Assembly (NCBI GenBank): GCA_964342815.1
Contig: CAYFHS010000045.1
Location: 1-29,397 of the forward strand
Source of the DNA: an uncultured archaeon
GTDB lineage: Archaea > Thermoplasmatota > Penumbrarchaeia > JASLWR01
Reading direction: 5' to 3'
DNA: 29,397 nt
Shown: one piece after another, positions 8,242-16,168 of the stretch
Layout: every line of letters begins with the position of its first letter
Numbering within the stretch: the first letter of the stretch is position 1
Made by a program: the position numbers and the translations under genes
Notes under the pieces: model-generated
Databases searched by the model: none
The model's input: the letters and a program-made list of their open reading frames with translations, nothing else
Told to the model about the DNA's origin: nothing

Positions 8242-11200
8242 TCTTCCACCTCCCAGGAGTCTTCCACTTCCTCTTCCTCTTTTTTGATTAGAATATCATC
8301 CTCGATCTCTTCGATCTTTTTTCCCAATTCTTCAATTTCCAGTTCGAGTTCATCTAACTTTTCTTCGACCTTGCTTAAGTCTTCCTCAGCATCTTCGATA
8401 TCGTACTTCACGTCCTGTAGGTCCTTGTAGGCATTGACATTCGGATTCGGTCTCCGGCCTTTGGCACCACACTTTGTGCATTCAAGATGAAGTTTGACCA
8501 CTTCACTCTCCGGCAGTTTCACCTTTGCACCACATTCCGGACATTTCATACTTTTTCGTAGCTCCGCGTTTATCTCCTTCATCTCTTTCAGAAATGCATC
8601 CAGCACATCTTCCTTAACCCTCTTATCTTTTCTAAGACTTTTAAGCTGAACCTCACGTTCCACAAGTTTTATTTTCAGTTCATCTGCTCTGGTTTCCAGG
8701 TCCGCGATCTCTTTTTTGAAATTTTTCACATCGGTATCCAATGAAGATTTCTCTTTTCTTCTATTTCCCCTTTTCCTTCCACCTCGTCTTCGCCCTCTTC
8801 TTTCGGTTCGGTCATTCTCTTCAGTTCGTTTCCCTGAATTAAATTGATCGCTCCTCGATGCTTCTATCTTTCTCCTTTCCTCCCTCCAATGTTGCGTGCT
8901 CTTCTTCAATTTGGCTTGTCTCATCACTATCATCACAATAATAAATACGACAAGGAGCACACCTGCCGCAATATTTAGGATCAAGGGAGTTTTGGATTCC
9001 GGGACGTCGATGGTAATGGAGTCGGCAAGGATGCCTCCAAACTCATCGGTGGTCTCCACTATTATTACATGCTCTCCGCCGCTCAAGGTGAGGGAGGCCT
9101 CCCCGTTGGAGTAATGACCAAAACTGACGCCGTCCACAAAGACCTCGCACTCAACGCCTTTCAGGTTCCATGTCAGATCAAATGCATCATCAAGTGTCCC
9201 GTCATTTCCAGGGGATAATATGGATAGGCTGAAGGAGCCGTCCAGGCAGTACAAACTGTTCCCCTGTGAGACCAGGAAATCCGTCTTTCCATCGGAATTG
9301 ACATCCCCGTTATCTTTCACCACAGCATATCCAACCTGGACCTGTCGTAGCAATGCGCCGGTTTCCGGATCCACTATTTCCAATACCGAGATTTCCTCTC
9401 CATCGACCTGGGCAGTCCTCTGTACCATCATATCATTATTACCATCTCCGGAAACGTCACCCACCACCGAGATGCCAATAACCGGTTGTGCCAAATTCCA
9501 ATCTGAAGTTTCAACCTGCTCTTCGTATTGAATAACATTGAGCTGCACTCCGGTTCTTCCATCCAAGATGTGTATATCCGCGCCCTTGGTTCCAAATCGG
9601 CCGGAACCAACTGCAATATCGGCTGTTCCGTCTCCGTTGGTATCGTCAATTATCCTCAGGGGATTGCCGCCGCTGAATGCATAATCAAATATCTCGGTAT
9701 TCACCCAGATCTCCTGGTGGGTTAGACCATCGATTGCCATTATCTCCGGAGGAGCCCTCTTGCCCTCGGATTTTTTGAAGAGCAGGGCATCCTTGATCCC
9801 GTTGCCATTTAGGTCCCGGAGGAAAGGCCCGTCTTCAGGATTTGGCCCTGGTGCAAAATTGTCCAGGGGTGGGTTTCCCACTCCAATGGAAAATCCCGGG
9901 CCCAGAGCAGTGCCGTCCAGGCCGCTGAGGACCTGGCAATCATACTGTGCAGCACTTTTGGCGTCTCCGGGAACAATCGAGAAGTACATCACTTCCGTTC
10001 TGCCGTCTCCATTGAGGTCCTCAATGAGCCGGAAGCTGCCGGACAATACCTCATCATTGTCGGAGCTGCTTAAATTCCCAGGATATCTCCAGGAAAAGTT
10101 TGCCGATAGACTCCCTTTCGAGGATATATTTGAAAAGTATATCAATGTTGAAAAATCAGTAATGAACAAACCTGCTGGTGAGCCGTCCTCCACCGAGATT
10201 ATCTGCGGATACCAGGGTAGCCAGCTTATATTATTCTGGGTCATATTCCAGATCTGCGAGCCGTCCGCGCCGTCCAGAAGATAAACCTTTCCGCTCTGGC
10301 CGCCTACAAAAATATCGGGAATGCCATCACCACTTAGATCAGGAGCGGCATCAATTGATGCGATCCTTCGGTTCACCAAATTCCAATATTCATAGAGACC
10401 TTGAGAGGAATTGAGGGAGGAATTGAAAAAGAGATGTTCGGTGACCGGGCGCTCCCAAAACAGGCTGCCGTCGGCTCCGTCTATGACGAATACGAATGTA
10501 TGATTGCCCATCTCCAGAAGATCGTCAAGTACGTCGCTTTGCCGGTAGGCCAGGACATCGATCTTTCCGTCACCGGTGAAGTCGTTTTCCAGGGTGATGT
10601 CTCTGGCACCTTTGCTTGAGAGATTGGCAAGAGATACAGTATGCTTCCAGAGCTCTTCCCCAGTAATCCTGTCCACGGCAATAATGGAGCGGACCGGGGA
10701 ATTTGAGCCCAGTGAAGACAGAACCGCGAGGTCTCCGGTTCCGTCTCCGGTAATGTCCGAAATGTCCCGGACCTCCACGCTTTCCATGTTGTTCACATCC
10801 CAAAGCACCTCCTGGGTCAGGGGGTCCGCCACCAGGAGACCGGAAGTTCCGAGAGTCATTATCATAAGCTGACCTTGGGAGCCGCCGGGCCTTGAAAAGA
10901 GCTCAAGCTGAAAATTCCCGAGCCAGGCATTCTCAAGGATAGGATGAGCGAAAAAGGGCTCAAGTTCCTTTGTCTCCGTATCAACCAATTTGAGCTCATT
11001 CTTATGCGGCACGATCAGCGAATAATTGCCGTTGCCGTTCCAGTTTATCAAAGCTTCCGTTGACCATAAAACCGGAATATCAATTGCGTCAGTACCCGTG
11101 GTGTTGAACAGTATGCTTGCCTGGTCCAGTCCAACGATCTCATCGTTATCCTCTGGATCTGTTTTTCCACCGGGATCCCTGTCCTTTCCCTGCCTGGTCC

Positions 11201-12371
11201 TGACACCGCCTGCAGACGACGAAATGATCTTGGCAGTTCCACTATAATCCCTGTTAATTCCCATTACCAGGATGTCTCGGAGCCCGTCACTGTCAAAATC
11301 ATCGATGGTGGTTATCCGGGGATTGAAAAAGTTTAGGGGATCATCGACACCCGACTGTATCCCGATCATATTCTCCTCATCGATATTCGGTTGATTCTGA
11401 AGGGTTATCTTCTTTGACCAGATAATTCCCCCACCGTTCCCGCTTATCAATGTTATGAAACCATCTTCCGAACTGACAATCACGTCCGGGATATTGTCAT
11501 TGTTTGCATCCTCGATATTGAGAATGGACCACAGGGAAAGGTCTATGGCGATGTTCACTGTGCCGGACCCTCCATCCTCTTTACTCTTTGAGTCCAATTC
11601 TATGTTCTTTTCATATATTTCGGTCAGATCGTGTTCCCAGACGATTCTGCCGGTTTTACCGTCCAGCAGATGAATATCACCGTCCTGGGAACCCGCCAGC
11701 AAATCGTGTTTATTATCGCCGGTCAGGTCCGCGGCTTCGACCACGTTCCAGATATCGTTGCCGCCTGTAAATGTCCACAGGACATCTCCATTCACTCCCG
11801 ACAGGCGATAAACCATTTTCCATGAGCTCACGACCACATCCTTTCCACTGCCTGAGGGAATGGAGGCGGCGCTCCATGAGATGGTTTCCGCATCGATAAG
11901 TCCGTCTTCCTCGGTAAAGGCATCCACTGTGGGTTTGAATTCCCAGAGTTTTTCCCCTGTTTCGGTGCTCACTGCAATTACATTGGGCGTTAGCTGGTTC
12001 CTGGTTGTTATCACGAAATCGGTTCGGCCACCACCGTCAATATCGGCGATATCGCAAATTGATAAAACGGGGTCCAATGTGGTGTAGCGCGTGTACACCT
12101 CACCTGTGAGAAGGTCTATTGCCATTGCACCGCCGTCCGTCCCTACTAATACGGTGTTTGGAGTGCCCGCATTTGTCTGGTCCACCAGCTTAATCTCGGT
12201 GGTTATTCCGCCGGTCATGCCTCCAATGGTCTGCCAGAGCACGCTTCCCTGTCCAGAATCCCCATGGGTTCCGGGTTCGGAATTGGAATCTTGGGCCGGT
12301 ATAGTAATAATCAGGGCAGAAGTCATCAGTAAAATCATTATAAGTATTGGGCTTATCGAGTGTCTTTTCAT
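8238..12371 (-). CDS. Large surface protein: FG-GAP/PQQ-like propeller repeats, Ig-like domain, TM anchor, and a cytoplasmic basic region + coiled coil/Zn ribbon/coiled coil
   Basis: 1377 aa with a signal peptide and SD GGAGGGG. Twelve DxxxDxxxD/E-type motifs alternate with G(K/E)xxW motifs. Ig-like segment SLSILSP...GEHVIIVETTD. TM LILNIAAGVLLVVFIIVMIVM. CPECG-x-CTKCG lies between heptad-rich segments. Confidence 0.82.
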   Translation of the reverse strand: MKRHSISPILIMILLMTSALIITIPAQDSNSEPGTHGDSGQGSVLWQTIGGMTGGITTEIKLVDQTNAGTPNTVLVGTDGGAMAIDLLTGEVYTRYTTLDPVLSICDIADIDGGGRTDFVITTRNQLTPNVIAVSTETGEKLWEFKPTVDAFTEEDGLIDAETISWSAASIPSGSGKDVVVSSWKMVYRLSGVNGDVLWTFTGGNDIWNVVEAADLTGDNKHDLLAGSQDGDIHLLDGKTGRIVWEHDLTEIYEKNIELDSKSKEDGGSGTVNIAIDLSLWSILNIEDANNDNIPDVIVSSEDGFITLISGNGGGIIWSKKITLQNQPNIDEENMIGIQSGVDDPLNFFNPRITTIDDFDSDGLRDILVMGINRDYSGTAKIISSSAGGVRTRQGKDRDPGGKTDPEDNDEIVGLDQASILFNTTGTDAIDIPVLWSTEALINWNGNGNYSLIVPHKNELKLVDTETKELEPFFAHPILENAWLGNFQLELFSRPGGSQGQLMIMTLGTSGLLVADPLTQEVLWDVNNMESVEVRDISDITGDGTGDLAVLSSLGSNSPVRSIIAVDRITGEELWKHTVSLANLSSKGARDITLENDFTGDGKIDVLAYRQSDVLDDLLEMGNHTFVFVIDGADGSLFWERPVTEHLFFNSSLNSSQGLYEYWNLVNRRIASIDAAPDLSGDGIPDIFVGGQSGKVYLLDGADGSQIWNMTQNNISWLPWYPQIISVEDGSPAGLFITDFSTLIYFSNISSKGSLSANFSWRYPGNLSSSDNDEVLSGSFRLIEDLNGDGRTEVMYFSIVPGDAKSAAQYDCQVLSGLDGTALGPGFSIGVGNPPLDNFAPGPNPEDGPFLRDLNGNGIKDALLFKKSEGKRAPPEIMAIDGLTHQEIWVNTEIFDYAFSGGNPLRIIDDTNGDGTADIAVGSGRFGTKGADIHILDGRTGVQLNVIQYEEQVETSDWNLAQPVIGISVVGDVSGDGNNDMMVQRTAQVDGEEISVLEIVDPETGALLRQVQVGYAVVKDNGDVNSDGKTDFLVSQGNSLYCLDGSFSLSILSPGNDGTLDDAFDLTWNLKGVECEVFVDGVSFGHYSNGEASLTLSGGEHVIIVETTDEFGGILADSITIDVPESKTPLILNIAAGVLLVVFIIVMIVMRQAKLKKSTQHWREERRKIEASRSDQFNSGKRTEENDRTERRGRRRGGRKRGNRRKEKSSLDTDVKNFKKEIADLETRADELKIKLVEREVQLKSLRKDKRVKEDVLDAFLKEMKEINAELRKSMKCPECGAKVKLPESEVVKLHLECTKCGAKGRRPNPNVNAYKDLQDVKYDIEDAEEDLSKVEEKLDELELEIEELGKKIEEIEDDILIKKEEEEVEDSWEVEE

Positions 12372-12393
12372 TTTTGATTCCCCCTCCTAAGAT

Positions 12394-13197
12394 TTATTCT
12401 CTTTTCTTCTTTGATAAGTTGGAATGTACGCTGTCTAGATGTGCCGGGAGAGATTCCATCATCAGGTCCGTACCACACTCGGGGCATGTCGTCCAGTCAT
12501 CATTTTTGGATTTTCCCTTTGTGGCGTTACCTTTTATCATTATCCAGATCACAACTGCAAGCGCGATGATGGCTATGGCCGCCCCCACGATCGAATAGAG
12601 CACCCAGCTTTCCATTCCGCTCTCCTTTGTGGATATATCTTCTTTTGTATCATCCTCGGTCGTGTTGTCATCTCTTAGATCATCCCTGACAGTATCATCC
12701 TTGTCGTCATCCGTCTTGTCCCCGCCATCGTCTTTACCGTCGTCCTTTCCATCATCCTTTCCATCGTCTTTACCGTCATCTTTCCCGTTAGCATCTCCCA
12801 CCGTGATCGTTTCGGTGACAGAGCCATAAACGCTGCATTTTGCGGTAACGGCTATCATATCTCCATCGGAAGCGGTCACATTGTAAGAATATACCACCAT
12901 GCCCTTTTTCTCATCGTCCAATTTTTGGCTTGTGTAGTTTTCATTCAGATATTCCACACGGTTCACATGGACGGTCACTTTTTTGATATAATGCGAGTCA
13001 GGATCATCGGACGCATGGTCGATGTAAACCGTCAGGATTCCCTCTTTATACGTTGGATATATCGCAGCTGGTGAATGCGCCTGGGCGTTTCCGGACAGAA
13101 TGAAAAGGCTCACAGTAGTAAAAAGTGCTGAAAATAACAGTGCCGATACAGCCATTAATATTATCGTTTTGTTCGTTCTCATTGTCTCATTCTCCAT
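12394..13197 (-). CDS. Secreted protein with SOR/desulfoferrodoxin-C-like domain, GKDD acidic linker, TM anchor and C-terminal C2H2-like zinc finger
   Basis: Signal peptide ends in AQA|HSP, followed by DH...HYI...KCSVYG. (GKDD)5 linker, TM WVLYSIVGAAIAIIALAVVIWIMI, tail CPECG-x-HLDSVH. The track start at 13278 overlaps the HTH gene, so the start is ATG 13197 or 13182. Confidence 0.75.
   Translation of the reverse strand: MENETMRTNKTIILMAVSALLFSALFTTVSLFILSGNAQAHSPAAIYPTYKEGILTVYIDHASDDPDSHYIKKVTVHVNRVEYLNENYTSQKLDDEKKGMVVYSYNVTASDGDMIAVTAKCSVYGSVTETITVGDANGKDDGKDDGKDDGKDDGKDDGGDKTDDDKDDTVRDDLRDDNTTEDDTKEDISTKESGMESWVLYSIVGAAIAIIALAVVIWIMIKGNATKGKSKNDDWTTCPECGTDLMMESLPAHLDSVHSNLSKKKRE
12727..12786 (-). 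repeat. Imperfect 12-bp tandem repeat x5 encoding (GKDD)5
   Basis: Plus-strand units: atcgtctttacc, gtcgtcctttcc, atcatcctttcc, atcgtctttacc, gtcatctttccc. Confidence 0.9.
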
Positions 13198-13219
13198 TAT
13201 TTTCTGTTTGCAGTAATTG

Positions 13220-13414
13220 TTAATCGTCAAAAATAAAAACCTTCTCGATGGTGGTTTTGAAAACCCTGGCAATGTCACTGGCCAGTTTCAAGGAAGGATT
13301 GTATTTTCCCTTTTCCAGGTAGACTATGGTCTCGCGCCGCACCCCCACCTTTATGGCAAGAGCCCCCTGTGTCAGGTTGAATCTCGCTCTTAGCTCCTTG
13401 ATACGGGTTTTCAT
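13220..13414 (-). CDS. XRE/Cro-C1 family helix-turn-helix transcriptional regulator
   Basis: 64 aa: [16 protein letters not shown]...[23 protein letters not shown]...IEKVF, a classic COG1476-type pattern. Confidence 0.95.
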   Translation of the reverse strand: MKTRIKELRARFNLTQGALAIKVGVRRETIVYLEKGKYNPSLKLASDIARVFKTTIEKVFIFDD

Positions 13415-13432
13415 GAAATCAACACACTCATA

Positions 13433-13858
13433 TCATCGTTTCCCCCGGAAGTGATGCCATAACCAGCAAAGTCCGAATATACAAAGCATCACTAAAATTT
13501 GAAAGAACACCAGTTTTCCAGGGTGCATTTCTTCATAATATGATTTGAAAAAAGATAGCACAATTAGCAGGTACAAAGCAATAAAAAATGCTTTGGCAGC
13601 ACTCCTTTGAGCCAGACTTCGTGTCCGTTCGTCCTTTCTCGGGAATCCCTTATGAAATTGCCTTACCGTCCGGACGATATACACCACCGGTAATGCACAT
13701 GCAACAAGACCAATTGCCAGGAAAAAGATGCCCCATGGAATTTTGATATCCTTATAGATCATCCAAAAACCATTCCATACCAGAGGCAGACCCAGGAATA
13801 GTTCGAAGAATACACCGATAAGAATCAATCGTATTTTTTCCCTTATTGGAACTTTCAT
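13433..13858 (-). CDS. DUF2178-like membrane protein
   Basis: Four TM segments and the KDERT...AAKAF motif. It lies directly upstream of an XRE HTH, the typical context for this family. Confidence 0.75.
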   Translation of the reverse strand: MKVPIREKIRLILIGVFFELFLGLPLVWNGFWMIYKDIKIPWGIFFLAIGLVACALPVVYIVRTVRQFHKGFPRKDERTRSLAQRSAAKAFFIALYLLIVLSFFKSYYEEMHPGKLVFFQILVMLCIFGLCWLWHHFRGKR

Positions 13859-13877
13859 ATCCAGTTTCTCCCGGGTA

Positions 13878-16085
13878 TTATTTTCCGAATAATCCGATCA
13901 ATGCGGTCCCCGATATCTTCATCACATAGACCTGCCGGCCGGTTTCCACGTCGACGGCGGCGGAGAACATGTCCCCCTGCTCATACACGCTGCCTTTCCA
14001 GAATATCCAGCCGTAATTTGCCGACGGCATCACGATGCCGGTTATCTGCTGTACTATCTGGACACCTGGCATATCCGCCGTTGTCGCGCCTTTGGATATT
14101 GATATTTCCTGATCTCTCATGTCGAGGTTCCCGTTCCGGTCGAATAATTCCGTTCCGGCCATCTCGTCCGCAGCCACGATATCCACCGCCCCCGACAGGG
14201 TGCATCCCAATTCATCCAGGTCCGTGCGCTTCTTTTCCGTCCACCCGTCATTTCTGCCGTAATCCTTGTCCATTTCAACCTCTGCCGAGTAAGGATTCAA
14301 TGGGTTGATATTTTTGGTAATGTTCTTGGCCACCCGTGCAGTATAGATGTGTTCAGGCCAATCGAATTTTTCTTTATCCCCAGTGTCCTCCTCCGCTCTT
14401 TTCCCATCCTTTTCCTCTACGTCCTCATCATCCTCGTGCTCTTTTTCATATTCACTGTAGTCTTCGTAATAGGGTTCGAGCTCTTTCTGGCTCATATAAT
14501 CGGCAAGTGTAATATTCCAGTAATGACTGCCTGCGGTGTTCTGGGGGTCAAGCGTGGACAAGGTTGCATTGTAAGTGCCCGCTATGGCAAGGGAACCCGG
14601 GAACTCGCTGTTGAAATCCGACAAGCCAGGACTCTCCTCTAAAAGATACTCCAGAGCCGCATCGGGAGCCATCTGAACCGCCAGGTCCGGGTTTTTAGGA
14701 TCGGTTATTTCGGTATTATCGAATTTGTAGCCGCCGCGCGGTATCATATCCCATTCCTGGAATTCGCCCAAAGGGTGCTTATCAGCAAAGGAAGCGGCTG
14801 AATTTACCCAGGGTATTGGCGATGAACCGCGTTCATGGCCGCTGCTAAGGATCCGATCCTGTTCAATGATTATCCATCCGGTATCGTTCCCCTTTGACCA
14901 GCTGGTATTGGTACGTATGAAAGTCCTTGTGGGATAGGGCGTATTGCTTGACAACCATACTGTTTCGGTGAAGTCCAAAAAGCCCCATATCCTCCTGGTA
15001 ATATTTACCCGCATGGAGGGGAAACCTGCCACGTTCTCCATTTCCTCGGCGGTCCAGTTGTAGTATCCTGCTGCGTCCTCCCCCTCCATTCCCGAACCTT
15101 CATAATAGATGCTGCCCTCATCCCCCAGGGTGATGTCCTTATCCTTGTATATCAGGTCCTCAATGCTGGGTTGAACCTCTTCCTCGGGATCCGGGTATGT
15201 TCTCACATACCCCTTGTATTGCACCGGCACCGGGATCTCCGCTTGCGGCAGCTGGTCAACTCCCATTTCTCCTTCATTGACAACCTTTATGAGCGTTCCT
15301 TCTTCCAGTTCGAAGTATTCGGACCTATCCGCGCTGAATGTTCCTGCCACCGATACTTTTCCGATATCGGGGGAATCTATGCTGACGGTGAATGAACCGT
15401 CCGCCTGCTTTCGTTCTAGTACCGTTTGATATATTTCTCCAAATCCCGATTCAGCATCAACCGGCCCGTATACTCCGAAATCCCACTGGCCGTTTCCATT
15501 CAAAGCATACCTTTCATACTCTCCGCTGGACGTATTCTCGTTGTAAAGCTCGGCAAATATGGTAAAATCATACCGGTATTCATCTCCGATATGGAGCGGA
15601 GGCTGGTGAACGACATAGTCCTCTATAACCTTATCATCCTTCGGTATGAGAATTGTGGTCATGGTCAGGGTCACCGTGGAACCCGAGATTGCGGTTATCA
15701 AGACCTGCAGATCGTATATATCATCGTTATCCGTATCCACGTTTTCCGGGATATTCAAGGTGGCCGTGAGCTCCACGGGGTCAGACTCGATGATGAGCGT
15801 CACCGTATCTCCGGAAATGGCCGTAATGGTTACGGTATGGGTCACTGCGCCGACTGTTATTTCCCTGGCTGTGTTCAATTCAAGATTAACTGAGGAGGAA
15901 TCTCCCTGTTGATCGGGGCCGCCGGCAGGATCGTCGCGGACCTCATTTCCATCCTTCCCTCCCTCCCCCACGTCATTGGAAGTGTTATCGAAAAAACCAA
16001 AGTACACCACATTAATGAGTAGACCCACAATACACAGGGAAATAATCATCGTTCGAATTTTTACCATGTTCATGACCACTTTCAA
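13878..16085 (-). CDS. Membrane-anchored/secreted protein of unknown function
   Basis: 735-aa uninterrupted ORF with an N-terminal TM (MIISLCIVGLLINVVYFGFF), a Thr/Val-rich module carrying an internal ITAISGxTVTL repeat, and a large acidic beta-rich remainder. Confidence 0.8.
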   Translation of the reverse strand: MKVVMNMVKIRTMIISLCIVGLLINVVYFGFFDNTSNDVGEGGKDGNEVRDDPAGGPDQQGDSSSVNLELNTAREITVGAVTHTVTITAISGDTVTLIIESDPVELTATLNIPENVDTDNDDIYDLQVLITAISGSTVTLTMTTILIPKDDKVIEDYVVHQPPLHIGDEYRYDFTIFAELYNENTSSGEYERYALNGNGQWDFGVYGPVDAESGFGEIYQTVLERKQADGSFTVSIDSPDIGKVSVAGTFSADRSEYFELEEGTLIKVVNEGEMGVDQLPQAEIPVPVQYKGYVRTYPDPEEEVQPSIEDLIYKDKDITLGDEGSIYYEGSGMEGEDAAGYYNWTAEEMENVAGFPSMRVNITRRIWGFLDFTETVWLSSNTPYPTRTFIRTNTSWSKGNDTGWIIIEQDRILSSGHERGSSPIPWVNSAASFADKHPLGEFQEWDMIPRGGYKFDNTEITDPKNPDLAVQMAPDAALEYLLEESPGLSDFNSEFPGSLAIAGTYNATLSTLDPQNTAGSHYWNITLADYMSQKELEPYYEDYSEYEKEHEDDEDVEEKDGKRAEEDTGDKEKFDWPEHIYTARVAKNITKNINPLNPYSAEVEMDKDYGRNDGWTEKKRTDLDELGCTLSGAVDIVAADEMAGTELFDRNGNLDMRDQEISISKGATTADMPGVQIVQQITGIVMPSANYGWIFWKGSVYEQGDMFSAAVDVETGRQVYVMKISGTALIGLFGK

Positions 16086-16168
16086 ATTGTATTCAAAATA
16101 TTGTGGGATATTTCAAACATAATGTTAGATATATCGCACTTCGGTTATTAATAGGTTCGTGGTTTTTT

